Assembly (NCBI GenBank): GCA_024137785.1
Contig: JAHRHZ010000116.1
Location: 124,001 to 188,000 of the forward strand
From: Ginglymostoma cirratum
Lineage: Eukaryota
Length of the DNA stretch: 64,000 bases
Reading direction: 5' to 3'
Below are positions 49,037 through 61,325 of this stretch, one piece after another. Position numbers and translations under genes: made by a program. Within the stretch, counting starts at the first letter, position 1; each line of letters begins with the position of its first letter. Under the pieces are notes generated by a model, which saw only the letters and a list, made by a program, of their open reading frames with translations, did no database searches and was not told the DNA's origin.

Positions 49037-49484
49037 ATGGTTTTAAATGTGTTTTCTGTCTATTTGCAATATAGCTCAGGTACTAGATGATAGTCGGCAA
49101 CATAGCACGATCATAACCTGCTGAATTTCTGCATGTAAACTTCTGCACGTTTTTGAGGTGCAAATTTGTTTTCACAGAAGCCAGTATCAGCAAAGGGGTC
49201 TGAAAAGGAAAGGTGGCCATTAGTTGAAGTTATTCCACCACTGTTAGTGTTGCGTATTCTTTGCAACTCTACAGTCATGTTCAGGATAAAACCGCAATAT
49301 TCATGATTTATATGCCTAACTTCCCAACTGGCGAAGCATTAGAGTTCCATTTTCTCCTTTCATTAACGAGAAAAAGGTGAAGTAAATTTCACAGCATTGA
49401 GCTATGGCTTTCTGACAGCTCGATATATTAATACAGACGAAGAGATCCAGCGATAAGGTCTACAGGAAGCATTATAAAAAACCT
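49037..49484 (+). pseudogene. TCR V pseudogene (V-49k), 'LxLY' family
   Basis: Leader-like MVLNVFSVYLQYSS|GT 49037-79; acceptor AG changed to AC (49147-8). GF*GANLFSQKPVSAKGSEKE/VAIS*SYSTTVSVAYSLQLYSHVQDKTAIFMIYMPNFPTGE...IELWLSDSSIY*Y, in register with V-53k. RSS TCCAGCG 49446-52, 23 nt, AAAAAACCT. Confidence 0.8.
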
Positions 49485-50583
49485 CATCACCTTTGGGCAA
49501 GGGCAAAGGATAATGGGCCATGGAGGGATAAACATTGATTACCTGCAATTAACCAAACAGATTGCATTCGGACAATACCTCCGCATGACTGCTCCCATCA
49601 ATTCTGAATAGAGGAATGAAATTTCCAATGTAAATTGACTGCACAGTGAGGAATTGGCAGAAGAACCACAGTACAGTTATAAAGACGCTCTTCTCATGCA
49701 TGCATGCCGATTTCTCCTGGACGTTGTTCCCTCTCTATTTTGATCCTGCTAACATTGATTGACAAGTGAAAATATTTGTGTCAGCATCATTGGACCCGAG
49801 ACGTTAACTCTGCCTTTTTTTTTCCTTCACAGATGCTACCAGACCTGCTGAGTTTTTCCAGCAACTTTGCTTTTATTTCAGCTATTTGTGGCGCATCGTA
49901 TTTTATCAGAACTCACCACCCTCCATACTCAGACCGACTGGTGACGGTGAGTGAAGAAACGAACATCTAAAGCAAATTTCAACAGCTGTCCTTATTTCAC
50001 TGAAACTACTTATTTCAGGCCATGAAGTGGCCAACTGTCTGTCAGCTCAGTTCCAGATCAAGTTTTCGAACAGATCGGTTGGAAATCAAGCTGTCTCTGT
50101 TTATTCTTCTTTTCTTTTCCACTCAATAAAATGCAACAACAATATTTCTCTTCTCCAATATAAACATTTATGGCTTTTTCTTTGAATTCAATAACAATCT
50201 GGAATTAACAATTTAATGATGACCATAAATCCATTGCCAACTGTTGGTAATGAAAAGAACATCTGATTCACTAATATCATTGAGGGAGGGAAAATGCCAT
50301 ACTTACCTGGTCTGGAATACATGTGTCTCCAGACTCACGGTATTGTCTTTGACATTTAACTGCCGTCTGGGGAAAAATGGACAATAAAAGCTGCTCGGCC
50401 AGTGACGCCTCATGACATGAAGGAATAAAGGATCAACGTCCATCAGATCCAACTCATCCTATCGCACGATTCACTGGAAGTGACATCAAATTAAATGTAA
50501 TCAATCCTATCAGCTTTTTCTTGTTTGATATTCTGCTTTGTCCTGAGGAACACAAAGACCCTTGGCATCCCAGGACAGCAGCG

Positions 50584-51691
50584 ATGCTTCTCCCCTATCA
50601 GGTCTTGGGAAATTTCATTGTTCATAAGAATTTAAATTTTAATAGTGGATTTATTCTCTAGAGATATAAATTTGTGAAACAGAGATATCATGTTAGATAT
50701 GCATCCGAGCTGGATTAGTGCACATTTGAGTGAGCACTTCTGGCCCCTGTCTTGCCTGAACAATGAAGGATCACAAAACAAAACGGAAAGATTTGTCGGG
50801 CTGAGGCGAGAATTGCGAGATGTAACTGTCAAAAAAGTGTAAGCTTAGCTTCCTTTACCTTCTAGCCACATGACTATTTCTTACCTGACTGATGTCTTTA
50901 CGGAGGTAAGAAATCTTAGGTTCTGGACACAAAGAGGTGTATTGCACTTGAGAAGGCGTCCACAGCTATACGTTCAATTGAACAAATAAAATCAGCACAA
51001 AATGATCCAAAAGGGATTTCAGGAGAAATTTGTTTACCTGGAGAGTGTCCAGAATGTGGCGGCCATCATCACAAAGAATATTCCAAAGCACAGGAAAGAT
51101 GCATTGAAGGAAACTAGATAAAAGGCTGAGAAGTACAGAGATGGCAAGGTTAGCCGATAGAATGAGAGGACAAAACAGCAGAACGCTTGTAATTATTATA
51201 CACATGGGCATGAGTCAGACGGGCCGAAAAAGCTTTTTGCCACACTCAATTCTATCTTGTTCTTGGTAACACTGTGAATTTTCACTTTCAGTTCAGTTGG
51301 TTGGAACATTTAATTGCTGATTTCCGTTTTCTCTGGCGTTGTATTCCAGACATGAGTGATGGAGTTTCTGTCACTCACCGGGAGCCCTCAATCACGCAGA
51401 CGAAGAGTGAAAATATCACTTTAAACTGCCCTTACACTGGCAGTGCTTATTCCGTGGTCTGCTAACGCCAGTATCCAGGCAGACGGCTTGAATTCGTAAT
51501 CTGGAGTACACGAATAGTGCTGCTGAAATGAAGGTGGATTTCTTTCAAACTCGGTTTTCTGATGCATTCCAGCAGACAGACAAGCTGTGGCAGTTGACGA
51601 TCTCGGATTTTCTGCGTTCTGACACTTCGGTATATTGCTGTGCAATGATGGCCACAGTGGTGGGAATGAGGAATATCTTCGTACAATAACT
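50584..51691 (+). pseudogene. TCR alpha-type V pseudogene (V-51k)
   Basis: Leader 50584-50623 with donor GT changed to AT; acceptor 51348-9. MSDGVSVTHREPSITQTKSENITLNCPYTGSAYSVVC*RQYPG.. then a frameshift, ..RFSDAFQQTDKLWQLTISDFLRSDTSVYCCAMM. RSS CACAGTG 51653-9, 23 nt, ACAATAACT 51683-91. Confidence 0.93.
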
Positions 51692-52676
51692 ACCTCAGGT
51701 TTCCCGGTCACTGATGCTGCGTGTGAAGCACCTGTTTTAACTTGTGAGGGAAAAATCCCAGAGGAGAATCCATTTTTTAAAAAAAAATGTAAAATTACGC
51801 TCAGCCAGTAATGATTCTGATTGTTACATTGACTGTGTGAAGACCAAGCTGTCTGTTGTTTATTTCACATTCGCTGGGAATTACCCAGCCACTTTACTTG
51901 AGAATACAAACTCTGCAGACGGCCTGACACTAACAATATAGGAGTTCCACTGTTTTGGGGAAAAAAATGAATAAATAATTTTTGATTTGTATTTCCAGGA
52001 TGCACTAACTGCCAGGTTACAATATTTCCAATAATTACAGTAACCAGATTGAACATCTTTAAATATTAAACGTACACATATAAAGACTAAAAATCAATAA
52101 CATAATAAGAAAAAATGGCAATATTTTCAGACGATGATGGGAAGCTCGTGAATAATTGTATTAATGACATTAATCTGAAGGGACAGGTGTCAGATTTCCT
52201 TGGAACACGTAGTCAGAAAACCTACTGAAAATAAAAGACTAATTGAAAAAAAATTATAAAATATCAGAAGGTTTTTCAGAAATTTGAACTCATCAGACAA
52301 GACTATGTGCAAATAAAAAAAATCTTTTTTTTTCTGATCTGTGGTACAGTGTTATGTTGCATCCATTAAATATTAATTAACGACTGTGAATAAACGTCTG
52401 GTCAGATAATTAGGGAAACTATTCTGTCATCATTTCTTAAAATTTATAAAATGGCATAAATTCTCTAACCATACATGTGAATGATGTTCAGAATGTATCC
52501 AATATAAATGGAATAGAAAAATCCTTCCCAATGACTGCACCTAATACACTCTATTAAATATTTGAATACATGCCGACTCAGCGATTTTCGCGAATACATT
52601 TCGATAGCGCAGGTTTGTCTGCCGTATGCACAGCCCCTCCTCCAGCATAGCACCTACCCTGTCCTTTGACAGCAGT

Positions 52677-53207
52677 GCTTTTGAACCAGGCCTTCATCTA
52701 CGTCCTGCCACTGTGACTCTCAGTCCACAATTATACACAGCGTTGGCAGACAGCAGCAGTTCATCAAAGGTGAGATTCTGCTCATGTTTCGAAACGTCCA
52801 GTGAAGCAGAAAATGGATCACGAATGCCGTTTGCTCTGACAATATTTAGAGATGTAGATTAATAATGTCGCAAATTTACCTTGGTCCTGATGGTACAGTT
52901 TCAAGGTGTATGCTACATCTACAGTTGAATAGCAGAAATTAATAAACACCGATTTCCCTTGAAATTGTATTACTGGCCAGCGCCTGTGTGAGTTCCAGTC
53001 TGCACAGTTAATGCCTGTAGAAATATAAGAAGTAAGTGAAAGTAAAATGACGCTAATGATCAACGTTAACAAGTTATCGCTAAAGGGAAGCTGGTTTTAG
53101 CTATATGAAATATAAGATTATATGTTGCTTCTCACGAACTTACTAGTTACTAGAACTTACGAGAGATTTGCAGCAATAAGGACAGGGTAAATAATAAATG
53201 CTGTCAT
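52677..53207 (-). pseudogene. TCR V pseudogene (V-53k), inverted, 'LxLY' family
   Basis: Leader 53207-53161 MTAFIIYPVLIAANL|GTAAGT (47 nt, out of phase). Exon from 53014: GINCADWNSHRRWPVIQFQGKSVFINFCYSTVDVAYTLKLYHQDQGKFATLLIYIS/NIVRANGIRDPFSASLDVSKHEQNLTFDELLLSANAVYNCGLR. RSS CACAGTG 52715-09, 23 nt, TTCAAAAGC. Confidence 0.92.
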
Positions 53208-54154
53208 GCTTGCAGAGCGAACTAGAACAAAGGAAATTGAAGCTGAATTATTTCAGCTGAAAGTTTATGAACTGTCAAATCCGGTCTCGCAGCTGACTAA
53301 TCCATTTCTGACAGAATCATCAGGTATCACACAGTCTGCTAACAGCTCCTTTGTTCCCCAATCAACGTCGTCAAAGGGCTGCCCACATGAAAACAGACTG
53401 GGATCTGGAGGAAGCATTTGTTCCGTACAAACTGCTCCATTTTTGAGCAAGATAGTGGTTCCTTCTCCTAAATTTCAACTTCCAGTGGAATTCCCAAGTC
53501 ATTTCTTTTTAAGATCCACTAATCTATCGACGTCACTCCGAAATGAACTCAATGAACACAACATGACGGACAATTACTGCATAAAGCTGAAACGAACACC
53601 AAGTTCACCTCCTTTTTGATTAACAGACTCAATCAGGTTTATTGGTGGATAATAATGAATGATGTTGTTGAATCATGGCCTCACGAACAATGCTCATAAC
53701 GTTATAAGCAGGACCAGTGTGTACAAAAGCGCACTATTTGACCTGCGGAAAAATGTCTTTCGGGTCAGCTGATCTTTGTCGTGTAGTTTACAATATATTA
53801 ACTGTTAAAAATACTGTTTAAGTATTAAATTTAGCGTGGGGTGTGGAGGGTGTAAAGAGTGCATTACCAGTGTTTTTTACGGGATGACTCAACTTCTGTA
53901 TCAGTGCGGGTTTCAGCGCACATTAATACAAGGGAGAGTCAGAAACGTGTGCCACAGAGACGTTTAAAAGAACCATTTCCGTTTCCTTGTCCAGAGCAGC
54001 AGAAAACCTGTCTGATAAAGCTCGAAATCTGACGCCCTGTTCCTTGCTGTATCCCTGCAGTAAACATATCGGAGATTCTCCAGGATATCGAATGCACCAG
54101 TAGAGTGTTGGAGCAGCGATCTGTGTAACTACAGTTCAGGATTAGCCTTTCCTT

Positions 54155-54630
54155 AGGGTCATAGACTCATAGAATTGTACAACATGGAAACAGACCCTTT
54201 GGTCTAACTCACCCATACTGAAAAGATACCCCAGATTGATCTCGCCCCATTGACCAGAAAGTGGTCCATACTCTTATAAAAGCTTCCTTTGATATATGCA
54301 TCCAGACACCTTTTAAATGTTGTGATTGTACCACTGTCCACTTCCTCTGGCATTTCCATCCTTGCACGCATGCATGCTTGCTTGAAAACATCGCCTCTTA
54401 CGTTCCTTTTAACAGATTCCCCACTCAAAAAAAAACGATGCACTTGTGTTTCGGACTCGCCCAACCGGGGAAAACGACCTTGACTGTTCATACTATCCAT
54501 GCGCCTCGTTATTTCATCGACTTCTAAAAGGTCACCCGTCAAATCCCGACGTTCCTGTGTCAATAGCGCTAGTCTATTCAGTCTCTCCCTGTAGCCCAAA
54601 CCCTCCAATCTTGGCAAAATCCTTGCAAGT
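54155..54630 (-). mobile_element. CR1 3' end fragment
   Basis: ORF 54204-54617 (GLGYRERLNRLALL..ERR.L.GDLLEV..) is typical of the CR1 ORF2 C-terminus. Confidence 0.85.
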
Positions 54631-55569
54631 ATTGAGTGAACCGTTGGTATTCCAAGATGGAGGAAGTAAAAAGTTATGGCTGGGTGTAAGCTGCTTCTTT
54701 TTGAGGTTTTCTTCAGTGTTGTAGCTGATGACCTCGAATTATAAGAGCAGTAATTACAGTTTTACAAGCTGTTGGATTATTTGGGACCTTTGGGAAAGAA
54801 AAGATCAAAACAAGGGCATTTTATACAAGAGGAATAGAGAGAAAGTCTTTGTTATTGAAACAAACAGAGAAATAAACTTACATAGCTCCCTGACCCAGAC
54901 TGCTGACCGCCTCTGTTGTTTAATTTCAAGTACCTATCATCATCGGAGATCGTGCAAAGAAAAAAAAACTCTTTTTGATGAACCTTTTGTTCAAGTGCAT
55001 TCTGGGAAAATGAATCTTGGCCACTTGTTCCTGTAACAAACATCATGGAAGTTTCAAACATCTGTAAGAGTAACTGATGAAACGCACTATGACAGTTTCA
55101 TCTCAGTATCATCAGGAAGAACGACCATAGCTATCAGTAAAACACAGAAACAGCGCATGTTATCAGTTTCGACAATAAACAACGCACATTTTTCTATTGT
55201 GTTGATGCGTCTGAACTTATATGAGAAACTTAAACCTGAACTGAGACAACTTTCACTTCCTGTATAATTGGTGTGTTCTCTCAATCTGTTTGGTTAATTT
55301 CTCAGATCGGACGGCAACGGTGGTCCAATTCCAGTTAATACAGGACTGAGTACAGCTGACTGTCTCCAATCTCTTCCTTGTATATCTTTATATTTTTCTC
55401 ATCATCTTGCTCTGTCTCACACTTTCAGACATTACTCCTCCTTTCTTGTTTCACTGTATTTTCTTCAGAAATCGATCGTCCTATCTTCTGATTGGCAGAT
55501 TTTTCTCCATATTTAAGATGAAACGTCTCAATCTATGTGTACAGCCAATATCCACAGTGAGTTAGGAAA

Positions 55570-55735
55570 AAAAATGAAGTTCCTGGAAATGTTCAGCTGG
55601 TGTGGCAGAATCTTTGAAATGAAATTAGAACTAACGTTTCTGGCCCAGTGACACTTCGTCAGAGCAGCCAGACCCGCTGAGCTTTTCTTGGAGCTTCTGT
55701 TTCAGAACTGATTGTTTTAAATCACCTGCAATTCT
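55570..55735 (-). mobile_element. Short Penelope-related element with hammerhead motif
   Basis: Minus strand CTGACGA-agtgtc-actg-ggcca-GAAAC-GTT at ~55632-55662. Confidence 0.65.
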
Positions 55736-56077
55736 TCCGGTTCCACAGTGAGTAGCTACTGTGTGAATATTAGCAAGAAAATGACCAATCATACACCACA
55801 GAAGGGAATGTTGGTATTTGTGTGGGTCATCTTTTTCTGATTAATTGCATATTGAAGTCGTAAACTTTTCTTACACTATGGATTTAAATGCCTGAAATGC
55901 TTCAAGGATTAAAGAGACCTCCTAATATTACATATTTTACCGGGAAAAATTATTAAGCCAAAAGGGTAGAAAGCCACTCAGATCAGGCTGTATTGCCATA
56001 TTCACGCTCGATTTACTTTCTCCTGGATGCTGTCCCTCTTTTTTTCAAGGTATGTGTTCCTGACTGTCGACTGAGGC

Positions 56078-56593
56078 TACTTTTGCTGAAGGCGCTAAGG
56101 CCATAATTCACTGTGTTACTCAGCACACGGTATGGTACAGCGCAGACTGTCAGCTTCAAATCCTTATTGGGCAAATGAAAAGTGTTGTGTATCATGTTGA
56201 TATTGCCATTTAAGTATTCAAAACTGGAAGCTTTATCATTACATCGTAACTATCGGCTTTCACAGAAAGTGAGCATCGTGCTCTGAATTCTGGCGATACT
56301 AGAGCAGGTCAGTAGTGGCAGCTGCAGCAGACAGCAAATAAGAGAAAAGTATTGCTGAATTTTCCTCCTTTACTCTTTGAAACTTTGCTTCTGATGGTGC
56401 TGTTGAGTCTCCGTAATTCATCTCCGATATTAAACAGTGGAATCACAGTGAGTTCAAGAGAAGAAGAGAAAGGTTATTCCCTCGAAAAGGAGTTGGTAAA
56501 TATCATGAGGAACTGGGGCTTTGGTCTGGATATTAACCAAAGCAGACCAATGATCAGGAGAATGACCCGAATCAGGCAGAATTTCATCCCCAT
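56078..56593 (-). pseudogene. TCR V pseudogene (V-56k), inverted
   Basis: Leader 56593-56548 MGMKFCLIRVILLII|GT (46 nt); acceptor AG changed to GG (56425-4). MNYGDSTAPSEAKFQRVKEENSAILFSYLLSAAAATTDLL*YRQ...NTFHLPNKDLKLTVCAVPYRVLS. RSS CACAGTG 56115-09, 22 nt, GCAAAAGTA. Confidence 0.88.
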
Positions 56594-56848
56594 TATTCCC
56601 GAGTGATCTCCTGAAACAGAGATCATGATGACGGTCACTGACCACTTTAATCGGAGAAATTGAAACAGTCGGGGGACGTGATGTAATTGGATGGGTTTCA
56701 TCATCCCTTTAAATTTCATTTCTTCAATCAAACACTTCCTGTCAAATTGTAAATGATAAAAGAGCAAAATTCTGTTGCCAGCTGAACTGCTTCTGAACAA
56801 GCGCAAATGCAATGATGGACAGATAGACAGACACAAATACACATGCAC

Positions 56849-56852
<4 letters not shown>

Positions 56853-56908
<56 letters not shown>
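56853..56908. repeat. (CA)n microsatellite
   Basis: About 28 perfect dinucleotide units. Confidence 0.97.
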
Positions 56909-56909
<1 letters not shown>

Positions 56910-57239
56910 AATCATGGGATGAGGGCCTAGCTGGCTGGGCAGCATTTATTGTCCATCCCTAATTGCAGAGAGGCCAGTTCAGAGCTAACCACATTGCTGT
57001 GGCTCTGGAAACACATGTAGAGCATAATAAGTAAGGATTGCAGTTTCCTTCCCTAAAAGATATTAATGAACCATATAGGGTTTTCTAACAATTGATAATG
57101 GGTTTGTTGTCATCGTTAGTTTCTTAATTCCAGACATATTATTGAAATTAAATTCCACTACCTGCCATGGCAGATTTGAACGCGGTGCCCAGAATGTTAT
57201 CTGGGTCTGTGCATTAACAATACAGCAATAATTAGTGAT

Positions 57240-57830
57240 ATATCACGGAAGGACGAATGGTAGGTGTTAAACAGCAGGCGACTTCAGTGCTCATGTTCAA
57301 CTTGCAGTCCCAACAATTCATATGTTCTGGAGACAATGTTGAGTAATCTGAGGACAACTTCGTCTCGACTGTATACCACTGTGCTGCCAGCTCTACTGAA
57401 TCTGTCTTGCAGCTGGACGGACGTATCCAAGGATGATGACAGCAGTGTCGAGGATGTTGTCTGCCGGTTGTTATTGCACAGGTATGACCATGTCTGGCTG
57501 CTGTGTGAGTAGTCTGTGAGACAGCCGCTTCAACTTTGTTAGTAGGTCCCCAGATTTCCATAAGAACAGCTCTGCGTGGTCCAGAGCACTCTTTCTGCAG
57601 CTATCCTTTCTGGTGCCGTGTTCGATGCCAGATTCTCCATCCAACTTAATTTCTTTCTTCGCATTTCGAAGAAACGGATATAACTGAGTGGCTTGCTGGG
57701 CCATTACTATGGGTCCGGAGTCATATTTACACCAGAAGAGGTGAAGATCAAGATTTGGCTTCTCTGAGCGAAAGCAGTGTGCCAGATGATGGTTCCTGAC
57801 AATAATTAATGCTATCGTGATCATGAGTAA
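57240..57830. mobile_element. LINE fragment(s), degenerate
   Basis: Repeat-like sequence flanked by SINE fragments; family not resolved. Confidence 0.35.
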
Positions 57831-58909
57831 GTTCTGAATTCCGAATGTTAACGTTTTATTAATTCAAATTCCACAATTGGCCTCAATAGGATTGGAAACC
57901 AAGAACCGAGATCATGAGCTGAGTTTCTCCATTAATAGTCTACCGTAAAAAGTAAGAGTCTATCGCCTTGCAATTTTGCATGCTTTCTCTAAGGCTTTGC
58001 TTTTCGATTATATTTCTCATTTCCTTTTGAACGTTCGTATTATTTTTTCCGTCATCCTTTCAGGTAATTCATTCCAAATCATTTTAAATCACAAGTAAGT
58101 TTAAAGCTGATTGAAAATGTTAGTGTTTGGGAACCATGTATCAGGACATTCAGGTCGTCTTCCTTTATCTGGGAGTGAAACTATTGTCATTGTAAGGGAA
58201 GACTACGGATCTATTTGAATATCTCCACCCGCAATTTTGCTACCAGTTTTAACTAATATATATTTTAACTGTGGTTCTGCTCGAGAAATCAGGATTGTAA
58301 CACAAACAGGTTCGAATGTTGGAGAATTGTCAATTCTCACTTTTACACGGGAAACTTAAAAATGTGCCTTCACTCTCAGTGAAGAAGAAATCACAAACAC
58401 ACATATCTATATGTTTCATATCTGAAGGAAAAACCATAGAAATATGAGGACTGCGTTAAAGGATTTAGTTACCCACCCCAGAAAGAAATCCATTAACGAA
58501 TGCAGTGGAGGAAGCATTTCTGGAGTTTTTAGCGAATATTTCTGAAGCAGAAGTTTGAAAAACTAAGTAGGAATAAGCTCGTATTAAGTTATGTATTCTA
58601 TAAAGATAAAAGGCAAATAATAACATTGCTCTTAAGAAGCCTTGTTGAATACTGACCATCATATTATGAAAAGTTTAATCAGATTTCGAAGTGTTGTAGA
58701 TTCTGGAAATAGAGTTTCAAACAAAAACAATAAAGCTAGAGTCTCAAACAAAATCTACAATCTATGTAGATTGTAATAGGAAATTGATTGTGATGAAATG
58801 GAAAATGCACAAAATCATTTGAAAGTCGACAGGTGTGACGAAGTGTTACAACGTCTGCAATGATTATTCATTGCTCGAAAACAGAAATAGGGATGTTCTC
58901 AAAGACATG

Positions 58910-60145
58910 CATGATAGAAATGTGAAGCATGTTGAGGGAGCAGTTGCTACAGCTACTTCATAGATTTATGCCACTGAGGCAAGGGAGTGTTGGTAAGGTG
59001 AAGGAAACTTGGATGACCGGACATGTTGAAAACCTACTCAAGAGGAAGAAGGAAGCTTACTTAAGGTTGAGGAAGCAAGGATCGGACAGGTCTTCAGAGG
59101 CCTACAAGGTTGCCAGGAAGGAACTGAAGTATGGACTTAGGAGAGCTAGTAGGGGGTACGAGAAAACCTTGGCGAGTAGGATCAAGGAAAATCCTAATAC
59201 GTTCTATACTTATGTGAGGAAAAAGAGGATGGCCAGAGTGAGGGGAGGGCTAATCAGGGATAATGGAGGGAACTTGTTTGCAGAGTCAGAGGAGGGAGGG
59301 GAGGTCCTTATGAATACTTTTCTCCAGTATTAAGCTGTGAGAGGAACCTTACAGTTTGTGAGGACAGTATGAAACAGGCATATGTGTTCGAACAGGTTGA
59401 TGTTAGAAAGGTGGATGTGGTAGAAGTTTTGGAAAAAAATGAGGGTAGATAAGTCCCCTGGGCCAGATGGGATATACCCAAGGTTTATACAGGACGTGAG
59501 GGAAGAGATCGCTTCCCGTTTGGCAATGATCTTTGCATCCTCACTATCCATTGAAGATTGGTTAGTGTCAAATGTCATTCCCTTGTTCAAGGAAGGAAAT
59601 AGGGATAATCCTGGAAATTACAAATTGGTCAGTCTTCCTTCTGTGGTGGGCAAATTATTGGATAGGATTCTGAGAGATTGTATTTGTGCTTATTCTGAAA
59701 GGCACAGTTTGATTAGAAATATCAGCATGACTTTGTGAGGGGCAGGTCATGCCTCACAAGCCTTACTGAATTCTTTGAGGATGTGACAAAACACATCGAT
59801 GAAGGTAGAGCAGTGGATGTGTTGTTTATGGAGTTTAGCAAGGCATCCGATATGGTCCCACATGGTAGGCTTATTCAGAAAATAAGGAGGCAGGACATTC
59901 AGGGAAATATGGCTGTCTGGATACAAAAATGGCTGCCCAATAGATGACAGAGGTTCGTAGTAGATGGAAAGTATTCAGCCTGGAGCTCGGCGACAGAGGT
60001 GTTCCGCAAGTATCTATTCTGGGACCTCAGCTCTTTGTGATCTTTATAAATGACTTGGATGAGGAAGTGGAAGTCTGGCTTAGTACATTTGCCGATGACA
60101 CGAAGGTTGGTGGAGTTGTGGACAGCTTGGAGGGCTGTTGCAGAG
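58910..60145 (+). mobile_element. CR1 LINE ORF2 fragment (linker and RT)
   Basis: IKENPNTFYTYV, KSPGPDGIYPR, GRSCLTSLTEFFE, GVPQVSILGPQLFVIFINDL and FADDTKVGG. Confidence 0.92.
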
Positions 60146-61119
60146 TACATTCTATCCATTCTCAATAAGTATCTCTTTTTCAGAAGATAAATCATTGTTA
60201 CAATTCAAACTTAACAGCTGGGCGAATAACAGTGAATATGACGATTATATTGATCAATATGAGGCTGACGCCGAGTTTCTTTTTCTTACCACATTTAAAG
60301 TGGCGTAATGGAGCCAGCGGTATACAGTGGAATTTGTTTTGCTGAAACGACGTCTGACAGGCAAAGAATATTGCCCAAACCCACTGTACTGGTTTGGGGA
60401 ATCATGAATGGTGCAGTCGAGAAAGATAAACAGATCGTATAGTCTCCAACTGATCCACTGTTTCTGCTTCACATAGATACTAGCAAATGTTTAACTTTTT
60501 AAGTCGAAGACCTACAAATGGAATTCACGTCATTTGAATTTAGATTGACAAAATTTCTTTACTGATTTTAATAACCAGAACATAAATAATGAAAAGAAAT
60601 GATAGCATAACAATGTGGATGAATGTACATTCGAAGGGGAAATGGTGATGTCGCGGAAATGTCACTGCTCCTGCTCAGGCTAATATTCTGCAAGCTGATC
60701 TCCTGCCGGAATGTGAATTCAGTCCGTAAACAATCTGGAATTATCTAACACAGTAACAGTGTATATGAAACAGTAATCAAATTAGTGTAATATTGATAAC
60801 ATTTAAAGAAAGAATGCCAATTTTACCTGGTCTTACCTACATGAGACTTCAGACAGAAGCAGTGCCATTGACTCTTTATTGCTCTCTCATACCTCCTTTG
60901 CAAGAAACAAGGTTTAAAAATAATTACAGAACAGCAACGAACACTGTTTTCACAGTGAAAGAAAGAAAAACGAGAAGTTACACAATGAAGGAACATTATC
61001 ATTTTAAAAATGACTTTGAGCCACAAGCTGTAACTGTTAATGGGACTGTGCCGGCTCAGCTCTCTGTAGCAATGTTGTAAAGATTTATAGATCTTTGAGG
61101 AATGATTTTTTTTCATTAT

Positions 61120-61325
61120 CCCTGCCTTACATGCCCCTATTTATTCTGAGATGATGCTAACATTCTAACTGGCGATGTTATGAATGCTGAGGGAATGGTC
61201 CTTGATTTTCTGCCAAGATTGATTGTTTCACCAACAGTAAATGGCGGATGTCTGAAAAAGTGCAATATTTTTTGCGGACTGACAGGCACAATGACAGGAC
61301 CCAGAAGGAACCTAAAACAAAATCA
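61120..61325 (+). pseudogene. TCR V relic (V-61k), 3' half only; paralog of V-49k
   Basis: PLFILR, NILTGDVMNAEG, FSAKID, SAI..FCGLT. RSS CACAATG 61287-93, 23 nt, ACAAAATCA 61317-25. Downstream flank is colinear with 49490-49750. Confidence 0.78.

Noticed and set aside
49483-49530. J-like motif LITFGQGQRIM right after the V-49k RSS
   Set aside because: No upstream 12-RSS in J orientation, no T/L-x-V continuation or GT donor, and not conserved in the paralogous flank at 61326.
56050-56140. Plus-strand V-like peptide (TFAEGAKAIIHC..WY) after a strong acceptor
   Set aside because: It is the antisense of the RSS and FR3 of the minus-strand V-56k, which has far better support.
56444-56450. Isolated CACAGTG (also at 47505, 55554, 55744 and 60951)
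   Set aside because: No convincing nonamer at 12 or 23 nt and no adjacent coding segment; expected by chance.
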